DNA of 64,000 nt from Squalus acanthias (lineage: Eukaryota): assembly GCA_030390025.1 (NCBI GenBank), contig CM059432.1:113648001-113712000 (forward strand), written 5' to 3'. This document shows, one piece after another, positions 45,801 through 59,894 of the stretch (position 1 is its first letter; each line of letters begins with the position of its first letter). Below the pieces are notes generated by a model. That model saw only the letters and a list, made by a program, of their open reading frames with translations. It searched no databases and was not told where the DNA came from. The position numbers and the translations under genes were made by a program.

Positions 45801-48800
45801 TAACGGTGAACGCGGTGGGTAATAACGGTGAACGCGGTGGGTAATAACGGTGAACGCGGTGGGTAATAACGGTGAACGCGGTGGGTAATAACGGTGAACG
45901 CGGTGGGTAATAACGGTGAACGCGGTGAGTAATAACGGTGAACGCGGTGAGTAATAACGGTGAACGCGGTGGGTAATAACGGTGAACGCGGTGAGTAATA
46001 ACGGTGAACAGGGTGGGTAATAACGGTGAACGCGGTGGGTAATAACGGTGAACGCGGTGAGTAATAACGGTGAACAGGGTGGGTAATAACGGTGAACGCG
46101 GTGGGTAATAACGGTGAATGGTGTGAGTAATAACGGTGAACGCGGTGAGTAATAACGGTGAACGCGGTGGGTAATAACGCTGAACGCGGTGGGTAATAAC
46201 GGTGAACAGGGTGGGTAATAACGGTGAACGCGGTGGGTAATAACGGTGAACGCGGTGAGTAATAACGGTGAACGCGGTGAGTAATAACGGTGAACGCGGT
46301 GGGTAATAACGCTGAACGCGGTGGGTAATAACGCTGAACAGGGTGGGTAATAACGGTGAACGCGGTGGGTAATAACGGTGAACAGGGTGGGTAATAACGG
46401 TGAACGCGGTGGGTAATAACGGTGAACGCGGTGGGTAATAACGGTGAACGCGGTGGGTAATAACGGTGAACGCGGTGGGTAATAACGGTGAACGCGGTGA
46501 GTAATAACGGTGAACGCGGTGGGTAATAACGGTGAACGCGGTGGGTAATAACGGTGAACGCGGTGAGTAATAACGGTGAACGCGGTGGGTAATAACGGTG
46601 AACGCGGTGGGTAATAACGGTGAACGCGGTGGGTAATAACGGTGAACGCGGTGGGTAATAACGGTGAACGCGGTGGGTAATAACGGTGAACAGGGTGGGT
46701 AATAACGGTGAACGCGGTGGGTAATAACGGTGAACGCGGTGGGTAATAACGGTGAACGCGGTGGGTAATAACGGTGAACAGGGTGGGTAATAACGGTGAA
46801 CGCGGTGGGTAATAACGGTGAACGCGGTGAGTAATAACGGTGAACGCGGTGGGTAATAACGGTGAACGCGGTGGGTAATAACGGTGAACGCGGTGGGTAA
46901 TAACGGTGAACGCGGTGGGTAATAACGGTGAACGCGGTGGGTAATAACGGTGAACGCGGTGGGTAATAACGGTGAACGCGGTGGGTAATAACGGTGAACA
47001 GGGTGGGTAATAACGGTGAACGCGGTGGGAAATAACGGTGAACGCGGTGGGTAATAACGGTGAACGCGGTGAGTAATAACGGTGAACGCGGTGAGTAATA
47101 ACGGTGAACAGGGTGGGTAATAACGGTGAACGCGGTGGGTAATAACGGTGAACAGGGTGGGTAATAACGGTGAACGCGGTGAGTAATAACGGTGAACGCG
47201 GTGAGTAATAACGGTGAACAGGGTGGGTAATAACGGTGAACGCGGTGGGTAATAACGGTGAACGCGGTGAGTAATAACGGTGAACGCGGTGGGTAATAAC
47301 GGTGAACGCGGTGGGTAATAACGGTGAACGCGGTGAGTAATAACGGTGAACGCGGTGGGTAATAACGGTGAACGCGGTGGGTAATAACGGTGAACAGGGT
47401 GGGTAATAACGGTGAACGCGGTGGGAAATAACGGTGAACGCGGTGGGTAATAACGGTGAACGCGGTGAGTAATAACGGTGAACGCGGTGAGTAATAACGG
47501 TGAACAGGGTGGGTAATAACGGTGAACGCGGTGGGTAATAACGGTGAACGCGGTGGGTAATAACGGTGAACGCGGTGGGTAATAACGGTGAACGCGGTGG
47601 GTAATAACGGTGAACAGGGTGGGTAATAACGGTGAACGCGGTGGGTAATAACGGTGAACGCGGTGAGTAATAACGGTGAACGCGGTGGGTAATAACGGTG
47701 AACGCGGTGGGTAATAACGGTGAACGCGGTGAGTAATAACGGTGAACGCGGTGGGTAATAACGGTGAACGCGGTGGGTAATAACGGTGAACGCGGTGGGT
47801 AATAACGGTGAACGCGGTGGGTAATAACGGTGAACGCGGTGGTAATAACGGTGAACAGGGTGGGTAATAACGGTGAACGCGGTGGGAAATAACGGTGAAC
47901 GCGGTGGGTAATAACGGTGAACGCGGTGAGTAATAACGGTGAACGCGGTGAGTAATAACGGTGAACAGGGTGGGTAATAACGGTGAACGCGGTGGGTAAT
48001 AACGGTGACAGGGTGGGTAATAACGGTGAACGCGGTGGGTAATAACGGTGAACAGGGTGGGTAATAACGGTGAACGCGGTGGGTAATAACGGTGAACAGG
48101 GTGGGTAATAACGGTGAACGCGGTGAGTAATAACGGTGAACAGGGTGGGTAATAACGGTGAACGCGGTGGGTAATAACGGTGAACAGGGTGGGTAATAAC
48201 GGTGAACGCGGTGGGTAATAACGGTGAACAGGGTGGGTAATAACGGTGAACGCGGTGGGTAATAACGGTGAACGCGGTGGGTAATAACGGTGAACGCGGT
48301 GAGTAATAACGGTGAACGCGGGTGGGTAATAACGGTGAACGCGGTGGGTAATAACGGTGAACGCGGTGAGTAATAACGGTGAACGCGGTGGGTAATAACG
48401 GTGAACGCGGTGGGTAATAACGGTGAACAGGGTGGGTAATAACGGTGAACGCGGTGGGAAATAACGGTGAACGCGGTGGGTAATAACGGTGAACGCGGTG
48501 AGTAATAACGGTGAACGCGGTGAGTAATAACGGTGAACAGGGTGGGTAATAACGGTGAACGCGGTGGGTAATAACGGTGAACGCGGTGGGTAATAACGGT
48601 GAACGCGGTGGGTAATAACGGTGAACGCGGTGGGTAATAACGGTGAACAGGGTGGGTAATAACGGTGAACGCGGTGGGTAATAACGGTGAACGCGGTGAG
48701 TAATAACGGTGAACGCGGTGGGTAATAACGGTGAACGCGGTGGGTAATAACGGTGAACGCGGTGAGTAATAACGGTGAACGCGGTGAGTAATAACGGTGA

Positions 48801-51800
48801 ACAGGGTGGGTAATAACGGTGAACGCGGTGGGTAATAACGGTGAACAGGGTGGGTAATAACGGTGAACGCGGTGAGTAATAACGGTGAACGCGGTGAGTA
48901 ATAACGGTGAACAGGGTGGGTAATAACGGTGAACGCGGTGGGTAATAACGGTGAACAGGGTGGGTAATAACGGTGAACGCGGTGGGTAATAACGGTGAAC
49001 AGGGTGGGTAATAACGGTGAACGCGGTGAGTAATAACGGTGAACAGGGTGGGTAATAACGGTGAACGCGGTGGGTAATAACGGTGAACGCGGTGGGTAAT
49101 AACGGTGAACGCGGTGAGTAATAACGGTGAACGCGGTGAGTAATAACGGTGAACAGGGTGGGTAATAACGGTGAACGCGGTGGGTAATAACGGTGAACAG
49201 GGTGGGTAATAACGGTGAACGCGGTGAGTAATAACGGTGAACGCGGTGAGTAATAACGGTGAACAGGGTGGGTAATAACGGTGAACGCGGTGGGTAATAA
49301 CGGTGAACAGGGTGGGTAATAACGGTGAACGCGGTGGGTAATAACGGTGAACAGGGTGGGTAATAACGGTGAACGCGGTGAGTAATAACGGTGAACGCGG
49401 TGAGTAATAACGGTGAACAGGGTGGGTAATAACGGTGAACGCGGTGGGTAATAACGGTGAACAGGGTGGGTAATAACGGTGAACGCGGTGGGTAATAACG
49501 GTGAACAGGGTGGGTAATAACGGTGAACGCGGTGAGTAATAACGGTGAACAGGGTGGGTAATAACGGTGAACGCGGGTGGGTAATAACGGTGAACAGGGT
49601 GGGTAATAACGGTGAACGCGGTGGGTAATAACGGTGAACAGGGTGGGTAATAACGGTGAACGCGGTGAGTAATAACGGTGAACGCGGTGAGTAATAACGG
49701 TGAACAGGGTGGGTAATAACGGTGAACGCGGTGGGTAATAACGGTGAACAGGGTGGGTAATAACGGTGAACAGGGTGGGTAATAACGGTGAACAGGGTGG
49801 GTAATAACGGTGAACAGGGTGGGTAATAATGGTGAATGCGGTGGGTAATCACGGTGAACGCGGTGGGTAATAACGGTGAAGGCGGTGGGTAATCACGGTG
49901 AACAGGGTGGGTAATAACAGTGAACAGGGTGGGTAATAACGGTGAACGCGGTGAGTAATCACGGTGAACGCGGTGCGTAATAACGGTGAACGCTGTGGGT
50001 AGTAAGGTGAACAGGGTGGGTAATAACGGTGAACGCGGTGAGTAATAACGGTGAACGTGGTGGGTAATAACGGTGAACAGGGTGCGTAATAACGATGAAC
50101 AGGGTGGGTAATAACGGTGAACGCGGTGAGTAATAACGGTGAACAGGGTGGGTAATAACGGTGAACAGGGTGGGTAATAATGGTGAATGCGGTGGGTAAT
50201 CACGGTGAACGTGGTGGGTAATAACGGTGAAGGCGGTGGGTAATCACGGTGAACAGGGTGGGTAATAACAGTGAACAGGGTGGGTAATAACGGTGAACGC
50301 GGTGAGTAATCACGGTGAACGCGGTGCGTAATAACGGTGAACGCTGTGGGTAGTAAGGTGAACAGGGTGGGTAATAACGGTGAACGCGGTGAGTAATAAC
50401 GGTGAACGTGGTGGGTAATAACGGTGAACAGGGTGCGTAATAACGATGAACAGGGTGGGTAATAACGGTGAACGCGGTGAGTAATAACGGTGAACGCGGT
50501 GAGTAATAACGGTGAACAGGGTGGGTAATAACGGTGAACGCGGTGGGTAATAACGGTGAACAGGGTGGGTAATAACGGTGAACGCGGTGAGTAATAACGG
50601 TGAACGCGGTGAGTAATAACGGTGAACAGGGTGGGTAATAACGGTGAACGCGGTGGGTAATAACGGTGAACAGGGTGGGTAATAACGGTGAACGCGGTGG
50701 GTAATAACGGTGAACAGGGTGGGTAATAACGGTGAACGCGGTGAGTAATAACGGTGAACAGGGTGGGTAATAACGGTGAACGCGGTGGGTAATAACGGTG
50801 AACAGGGTGGGTAATAACGGTGAACGCGGTGGGTAATAACGGTGAACAGGGTGGGTAATAACGGTGAACGCGGTGAGTAATAACGGTGAACGCGGTGAGT
50901 AATAACGGTGAACAGGGTGGGTAATAACGGTGAACGCGGTGGGTAATAACGGTGAACAGGGTGGGTAATAACGGTGAACAGGGTGGGTAATAACGGTGAA
51001 CAGGGTGGGTAATAACGGTGAACAGGGTGGGTAATAATGGTGAATGCGGTGGGTAATCACGGTGAACGCGGTGGGTAATAACGGTGAAGGCGGTGGGTAA
51101 TCACGGTGAACAGGGTGGGTAATAACAGTGAACAGGGTGGGTAATAACGGTGAACGCGGTGAGTAATCACGGTGAACGCGGTGCGTAATAACGGTGAACG
51201 CTGTGGGTAGTAAGGTGAAAAGGGTGGGTAATAACGGTGAACGCGGTGAGTAATAACGGTGAACGTGGTGGGTAATAACGGTGAACAGGGTGCGTAATAA
51301 CGATGAACAGGGTGGGTAATAACGGTGAACGCGGTGAGTAATAACGGTGAACAGGGTGGGTAATAACGGTGAACAGGGTGGGTAATAATGGTGAATGCGG
51401 TGGGTAATCACGGTGAACGTGGTGGGTAATAACGGTGAAGGCGGTGGGTAATCACGGTGAACAGGGTGGGTAATAACAGTGAACAGGGTGGGTAATAACG
51501 GTGAACGCGGTGAGTAATCACGGTGAACGCGGTGCGTAATAACGGTGAACGCTGTGGGTAGTAAGGTGAACAGGGTGGGTAATAACGGTGAACGCGGTGA
51601 GTAATAACGGTGAACGTGGTGGGTAATAACGGTGAACAGGGTGCGTAATAACGATGAACAGGGTGGGTAATAACGGTGAACGTGGTGAGTAATAACGGTG
51701 AACAGGGTGGGTAATAACGGTGAATGCGGTGAGTAATAACGGTGAACAGGGTGGGTAATAACGGTGAACAGGGTGAGTAATAACGGTGAACAGGGTGAGT

Positions 51801-54800
51801 AATAACAGTGCACGCGGTGGGTAATAACGGTGCACGCGGTGGGTAATAACGGTGAACGCGGTGAGTAATAACGGTGAACAGGGTGGGTAATAACGGTGAA
51901 CAGGGTGGGTAATAACGGTGAACAGGGTGGGTAATAACGGTGAACGCGGTGGGTAATAACGGTGAACAGGGTGGGTAATAACGGTGAACAGGGTGGGTAA
52001 TAACGGTGAACGCGGTGGGTAATAACGGTGAATGCGGTGAGTAATAACGGTGAACGCAGTGGGTAATAATGGTGAACGTGGTGAGTAATAATGGTGAACG
52101 CGGTGAGTAATAACGGTGAAAGCGGTGAGTAATAACGGTGAAAGCGGTGAGTAATAACGGTGAATGCGGTGAGTAATAACGGTGAATGCGGTGAGTAATA
52201 ACGGTGAACGCAGTGGGTAATAACGGTGAACGTGGTGAGTAATAACGGTGAATGCGGTGAGTAATAACGGTGAACAGGGTAGGTAATAACGGCGAACAGG
52301 GTGAGTAATAACAGTGCACGCGGTGGGTAATAATGGTGCACGCGGTGGGTAATAACGGTGAACGCGGTGAGTAATAACGGTGAACAGGGTGGGTAATAAC
52401 GGTGAACAGGGTGGGTAATAACGGTGAACGCGGTGGGTAATAACGGTGAACAGGGTGGGTAATAACGGTGAACGCGGTGGGTAATAACGGTGAACAGGGT
52501 GGGTAATAACGATGAACAGGGTGGGTAATAACGGTGAACGCGGTGGGTAATAACGGTGAACAGGGTGGGTAATAACGGTGAACGCGGTGGGTAATAACGG
52601 TGAACGTGGTGAGTAATAACGGTGAAAGCGGTGAGTAATAACGGTGAAAGCGGTGAGTAATAACGGTGAATGCGGTGAGTAATAACGGTGAACGTGATGA
52701 GTAATAACGGTGAACGCGGTGGGTAATAACGGTGAACAGGGTGAGTAATAACGGTGAACGCGGTGAGTAATAACGGTGAACAGGGTGGGTAATAACGGTG
52801 AACGCGGTGAGTAATAACGGTGAACGCGGTGAGTAATAACGGTGAAAGCGGTGAGTAATAACGGTGAACGCGGTGAGTAATAACGGTGAACGCGGTGCGT
52901 AATAACGGTGAACGTGGTGAGTAATAACGGTGAACGCGGTGAGTAATAACGGTGAACAGGGTGGGTAATAACGGTGAACGTGGTGAGTAATAACGGTGAA
53001 TGCGGTGAGTAATAACGGTGAATGCGGTGAGTAATAACGGTGAACAGGGTGGGTAATAACGGTGAACATGGTGAGTAATAACGGTGAATGCGGTGAGTAA
53101 TAACGGTGAACGCGGTGAGTAATAACGGTGAACAGGGTGCGTAATAACGGTGAACGTGGTGAGTAATAACGGTGAATGCGGTGAGTAATAACGGTGAATG
53201 CGGTGAGTAATAACGGTGAATGCGGTGAGTAATAACGGTGAATGCGGTGAGTAATAACGGTGAACAGGGTGAGTAATAACGGTGAACAGGGTGGGTAATA
53301 ACGGTGAACGCGGTGAGTAATAACGGTGAACAGGGTGAGTAATAACGATGCACGCGGTGGGTAATAACGGTGAACAGGGTGGGTAATAATGGTGAACGCA
53401 GTGAGTAATAACGGTGAACAGGGTGAGTAATAACGGTGAATGCGGTGAGTAATAACGGTGAACAGGGTGGGTAATAACGGTGAACGTGGTGAGTAATAAC
53501 GGTGAACATGGTGAGTAATAACGGTGAATGCAGTGAGTAATAACGGTGAATGCGGTGAGTAATAACGGTGAACGCGGTGAGTAATAATGGTGAACAGGGT
53601 GGGTAATAACGGTGAACAGGGTGGGTAATAACTGTGAACAGGGTGAGTAATAACGATGCACGCGGTGGGTAATAACGGTGAACAGGGTGGGTAATAACGA
53701 TGAACAGGGTGAGTAATAACGGTGAACGCGGTGCGTAATAACGGTGAACGCGGTGAGTAATAACGGTGAACACGGTGGGTAATAACGGTGAACGCGGTGA
53801 GTAATAACGGTGAACAGGGTGGGTAATAACGGTGAACAGGGTGGGTAATAACGGTGAACGCGGTGAGTAATAACGGTGAACAGGGTGGGTAATAACGGTG
53901 AACAGGGTGGGTAATAACGGTGAACGCGGTGAGTAATAACGGTGAACGTGGTGAGTAATAATGGTGAACAGGGTGGGTAATAACGGTGAACAGGGTGGGT
54001 AATAACGGTGAACGCGGTGAGTAATAACGGTGAACGCGGTGAGTAATAATGGTGAACAGGGTGGGTAATAACGGTGAACAGGGTGGGTAATAACGGTGAA
54101 CGCGGTGAGTAATAACGGTGAACAGGGTGGGTAATAACAGTGAACGCGGTGGGTAATAACGGTGAACAGGGTGGGTAATAACGGTGAACAGGGTGAGTAA
54201 TAACGGTGAACGCGGTGAGTAATAACGGTGCACGCGGTGAGTAATAACGGTGAACAGGGTGAGTAATAACGGTGAACAGGGTGGGTAATAATGGTGAACA
54301 GGGTGAGTAATAACGGTGAACAGGGTGGGTAATAACGGTGAACGCGGTGAGTAATAACGGTGAACAGGGTGGGTAATAACGGTGAACGCGGTGGGTAATA
54401 ACGGTGAACAGGGTGAGTAATAACGATGCACGCGGTGAGTAATAACGGTGAACAGGGTGGGTAATCACAGTGAACAGGGTGGGTAATAATGGTGAACAGG
54501 CTGGGTAATAACGGTGAACGCGGTGAGTAATAACGGTGAACAGGGTGAGTAATAACGGTGAACGCAGTGGGTAATAACGGTGAACGCGGTGGGTAATAAC
54601 GGTGAACAGGGTGGGTAATAACGGTGAACGCGGTGAGTAATAACGGTGAACAGGGTGGGTAATAACGGTGAACAGGGTGGGTAATAACGGTGAACGCGGT
54701 GGGTAATAACGGTGAATGCGGTGGGTAATAACGGTGAACACGGTGAGTAATAACGGTGAACGCGGTGGGTAATAACGGTGAACGCGGTGGGTAATAACGG

Positions 54801-54864
54801 TGAACGCGGTGGGTAATAACGGTGAGCGCGGTGGGTAATAACGGTGAACGCCGTGGGTAATAAC
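42888..54864. repeat. 22-bp satellite (GGTGAACGCGGTGGGTAATAAC), ~12 kb, roughly 540 units, in DPYS intron 1
   Basis: Directly visible; minus-strand translation repeats every 22 aa (3 units). Confidence 0.98.
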
Positions 54865-54865
54865 A

Positions 54866-55308
54866 GAATCACCCACGTGCTCGCTGACCTACATTGGTTC
54901 CGGGTCCGGCAACGCCTCGATTTAAAAATTCTCATCCTTGTTTTCAAAACTGTCCATGGCCTCGCCCCTCCCTACCTCTGTAATCTCCTCCAGACCTACA
55001 ACCCCCCGAGATCTCTGTGCTCCTCCAATTCTGGCCTCTTTTGCATCCCCGATTTTAATTGCTCCACCATTGGCGGCCATGCCTTCAGCCCTCAGCTCTG
55101 GAATTCCCTCCCCAAACCTCTCCGTCTCTCTACCTCTCTCCTCCTTTAAGACGCTCCTTAAAACCTACCTCTTTGACCAAGCTTTTGGTCATCTGTCCTA
55201 ATATCTCCTTATGTGATTGCTGTCAAAGTTTGTTAGATAATCGCTCCTGTGACGCGCCTTGGGATGTTTTACTACGTTAAAGGCGCTATATAAATACAAG
55301 CTGTTGTA
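54866..55308 (+). mobile_element. L2-clade LINE 3' end
   Basis: ITHVLADLHWFRVRQRLDLKILILVFKTVHGLAPPYL, LWNSLP, FKTLLKTYLF; terminal AAAGGCGCTATATAAAT. Confidence 0.85.
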
Positions 55309-55775
55309 TTAATCACTCTTTGTAGGATGAACTGACTGATGTCAGTCCGAAATTTGCCTTTTGCTCGTTCAAACTCGTCTTGTCTTAGTGTTACAATTTA
55401 ATTTGAAATAGAGTTTCAGATTTACCATTTCTATATGATAACCCAACTTGTGTCAAAATATGTTGTTGCATTATGAAAATCATTGTGTTACATGCACACG
55501 ATGTTAATAGTGAAAAGGATGTATGCCTGTTGTGTAAGTTTCCCTCGCTGTGACTAAAAACTAAATGGTGAATACAGCAGTTGAGACTATAACATGTCAA
55601 TCTGTAACTTAAAGTACAAATACATCGATTAATATTGAAATTGAAAATTTATGATCTATGAAAATGCTTGAAGCCTGAATATTATTTTCATTTTCAAATA
55701 AACACAAATTTACGATCAATGTGTATCGGCCCCAGAGACTAGCCAGGATTTTTACTTTGTTTAGAGTTGCCCCAA

Positions 55776-57143
55776 TACATAACATAAGAAACAGGAGCAG
55801 GAGTAGGCCAATCGGCCCCTCGAGCCTGCTCCACCATTCAATAAGATCATGGCTGATCCAATCTTGGCCTCAACACCACATTCCCGCTCTCTCCCCGTAT
55901 CCCTTGGCTCCCTTGTAGTTCAAATGTCTGTCAATCTCTGCCTTGAATATATTCAATGACTCCGCCTCCACAGCTCTCTGGGGTAGAGAATTCCAAAGAT
56001 TCACGACCCTCTGAGAGAAGAAGTTCCTCCTCATCTCTGTCTTAAATGGGCGACCCGTTATTCTGAAACTATGCCCCCTAGTTCTAGATACTCCACTAGG
56101 GGAAACATCCTCTCAGCATCCACCCTGTCAATCCCCCTCAGAATCTTATGTTTCAATAAGATCACCTCTTATTCTTCTAAACTCCAATGAGTATAGGCTC
56201 AACCTCCTCAACCTTTCGTCATACGTCAACCCCTTCATCCCAGGAATCAACCTAGTGAACCTTCTCTGCACTGCCTCCAATGCAAGTATATCCATCCTTA
56301 AATATGGAGACCACAACTGTATGCAGTACTCCAGATGCGGTCTCACCAGCGCCCTGTAAAGTTGCATCAAAACTTCCCTACTTTTATACTCCATCCCCGT
56401 TGCAATAAAGGCCAACATTCCATTAGCCTTCCTAATTACTTGCTGTACCTGCATGCTAACTTTTTGTGTTTCATGTACTAGGACCCCCAGATCCCTTTGT
56501 ACCGCAGCATTTTGTAGTCTCACTCCATTTAAATAATAATTTGCTTTTTCATTCTTCCTTCCAAAGTGGATAACCTCACATTTTCCCACATTATACTCCA
56601 TCTGCCAAATTTTTGCCCACTCACTTCACCTATCTATATCCCTTTGCAGACTCTTTGTGTCCTCCTCACAACTTGCTAACCCACCTATCTTTGTATCATC
56701 AGCAAATTTAGCTACAGTACACTCGGTCCCTTCATCCAAGTCATTAATGGAGACTGTAAGTAGTTGAGGCCCCAGCATTGATCCCTGTGGCACCCCACTA
56801 GTTACTGATTGCCAACTGGAAAATGACCTGTTTATCCCGACTCTCTGTTTTCTGTTAGTTAGCTAACCCTATCCATGCTAATATATTACCCCCAACCCCG
56901 TGAGCTCTTATCTTGTGCAGTAACCTTTTATGTGGCACCTTATTGAATGCCTTCTGGAAATCCAAATACACTTCATCTACTGGTTCCCCTTTATCCACCC
57001 TGTTTGTTACATCCTCAAAGAACTCTAGCAAATTTGTCAAACACGATTTCCCTTTCATAAAACCATGTTGATTCTGCTTGATTGTCTTATGATTTTCTAA
57101 ATGTCCTGCTATTACCTACTTAATAATGGATTCCAGCATTTTC
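55776..57143 (-). mobile_element. CR1 LINE 3' portion, decayed
   Basis: ACATAAGAAACAGGAGCAGGAGTAGGCC tail/UTR; RT fragments 56146-56601 and 56855-57058. Confidence 0.92.
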
Positions 57144-58776
57144 CTGCAGTTAGCCATCATTGCAAAGTGTCCTATATGGTTATACATTTAAGAAAAAACC
57201 TGTGCTAACAGTTGCCAGGGGTTTCAGAAAGGTATTGTCGTTGGGCAAGTCATGTTGACTTCAGCCGTATTGACTTAATATTTCAGCTGAAATAAGATCA
57301 TAAGAATGCATGGTGCGAGGAAACTTATTTGGGCCACAGACCATGTATCATAACATGCTATGCTTTAGGTGGTACTGCATGAAAGAAGGCATCCCACCAA
57401 TAGTTAGCATAGCTTGATTGGCCACAATCTTCCAAGATACCACCAACTATTTTTTCAGGTGCTGGAACACCTACTTGGCAACTACCAGGGTGACATCTCT
57501 TCACAGAATCTGGGTCAGCAGAGAGGCTTATGAAGAGCTATGCCATCAGCTGCAAGGGCAGCTGTAGTTACCACGTAACACAGAGCTGCACATGCAGTGA
57601 CAGTAATGATCAACTGCGGCTCGGAGCTTAACCGCACCTTCTTGCAAGCATGTTGCAATACTGATCTATGGGGATCTTACTGTGGAGTGGAACAGAAGGC
57701 AACCTTCCTTGCAATCTTCGTATGCAGCACCACCTTGAATTTAGCATCCATCAAACTGTTTGCTCTATCACTTGCCTGCAGACTAATGCCTGCAACTAGG
57801 GTTCCCTTTACTTTCATTTGTGCCAGCCACTTCTTTGTCCCCTGTCCTTTCAGCCTTAGCAACGGTTGATAATGGCTAAGATGCCTTTAGAGGTTCTCCT
57901 GAAGGCTTTCAGAATTTTGTTCCCCTCTTGTGACACTTCCCTTTAATTGGTGCCATCCCTTTAAATTTCACTTACACACAATCTTCCACTGCCATCACTG
58001 TTGTGCTGCATAGACCTGTCCTAGTCTGCACTTGAACCTATGAATAATTTAGTGTCTTTAGTACTTTTCCATTCTGGCAGGATTTGCACCAAATGTTAGC
58101 TATTTAGAACTGACTTGTTCCTGTGGATGCAAATTGGCCCCTTTTAATCTCTGAGGAAAGGTTCTGGAAAGTTTCTGCTTCCACATCTTCCATTGTACCA
58201 AACGCTAAAAGACTTGTTCAACTTTCCATCCTACATTATTCATTTTTGACCAGTTGCTTCTTTGGAATGACATTTTGTTAGTCACAGTAGCGCGGGATCC
58301 ATCATGTGCTGAACAGTCTTCAATTATCTCTGTCTGTACTCACCCTCCCAGCTCTCTATCTATTCCTAAGCACATACTTATCCAGCTCTTTTTCAAAGAA
58401 GATCGCTAATGCAATGAAAACTGCTTTACCCTGGGCCCTATTCCACAGGTTAATGACCCTGGTGACAAAAAACATCCCTTTTATTTGCCTCTTGCTTAAG
58501 GGTTGTTGATTCTGATCTCAAGTCCTTGAGTTATGCAGTCAAAGCCCAAGTTAAGTAATCTGCTTACATTTACATTCTGATGCCTATCAGCATTTAAAAC
58601 ATTTCAATTACATTTTCTTCCAATCTTTTTTTCTAATGAAACCAAGTTCAGCTTTCTGAGTCTGTCTTTATTACATAGAGCACTAAGTCTTGGAATTGTC
58701 CAAGTTGCCATTCTCTGAGCCCTCTCAAATCCATTGTGTTGTTTCGAAGGTAAGTTGCTCACAACTGCACACATTG

Positions 58777-59052
58777 GGGGTAAATTTTACAAGTTAGCAC
58801 TCTCAGTGCAGAGCTTTGCTCAACAGGAGGGAAGATTGGACAATTGGGCGCAAAGGTCAGCAGGCTCCATTTTCCAATTCATTTGGGAGAGCTGCTAATT
58901 GCACTCGCTGACCTCTGCATCTGATTGTGTCATCATCAAAGGGCCGGCACAGACACGATGGGCCGAATGGCCTCCTGTGCCGTATGATTCTATGATCTGC
59001 CCTCCCATCAAGTGAGGCTCACACTGCGGTTCCAACTCGTAAAATTTACTCC
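58777..59052. mobile_element. Old Harbinger-like MITE containing a CR1 3'-end fragment (58941-58996)
   Basis: GGGGTAAATTTTAC ... GTAAAATTTACTCC termini resemble the TIR at 21730; TSD not clear. Confidence 0.5.
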
Positions 59053-59894
59053 ACTGTTCACCAGTGATCTACACAAAACAAGGCTGATTTTCCAAATGCA
59101 CAGTATCAGTGAGCAAATTGGCCTAACCTGACAGTAAATGCCCTTGGAATTAATCTTAATATGTAACTAGCCCTGCTGATAACAACTTCACATTGACTGG
59201 TTTCTTTTAGAGATTGCTCAATAATCACACAATTCATTTTTCTTTCAGTATATTTTAAATGTGGCTGCACAGAATTGTAATAAAATTAGCTATGGTTGTG
59301 CTCTCTAATTTAAAAAAGCGCGTGATCAGTCATCAGAAGCCCTATTAGTTAGATTATGCCTATCACCATTTCCTGTGTTTCAAGTAGATTTAGGAAGCTT
59401 CAGAATTTGTAAGACCAGGAACAGACTATTGGCCAATGAGCCTGGCTCTTTTTCGATCGACCAACTCTACCCACCTACATTCTTGCCATGGCTCCTCCTC
59501 AACCCCTCCAGAAACATACCCAGTTGCCTCTTGAACCCATTTATATTGTTTGATTCAATGGTAACTTGTTCCATAATTCTGTCGTCCTTTGGGTGGAAAG
59601 GTTCTTCTGGGCTTCCCTTCTTACTTCTCATCAAATATTTAATTTTTGCACCCTGTTGGAGATGGTAAGGCACAGGACAAAGCCCCCACATATGGGTGGG
59701 TGCATTAAGGTGCCATGCAAATCAGCAAAATAGAACACACAGCTTTTATATACTGCCTTACCCGATTGCTCGAAAACGTCCCCAAACACTTCACATACAA
59801 AGAATTATTTATGAGCTGCAGTGATTGTTATTATGGAGGCAAATAAGGCAGTTAGTTTGCACACAGGAAGAGCCCACAAACAGTCAGATCCCAA

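Noticed and set aside
42888..54864. CRISPR-like regular repeat
   Set aside because: No unique spacers, no cas genes, eukaryotic context; it is a tandem satellite
42773..54876. Giant minus-strand ORFs (2476, 1558, 1007, 928, 751 aa)
   Set aside because: The 22-bp unit has no stop in any minus frame; overlapping frames give the same peptide; indels switch frame freely; antisense within an intron
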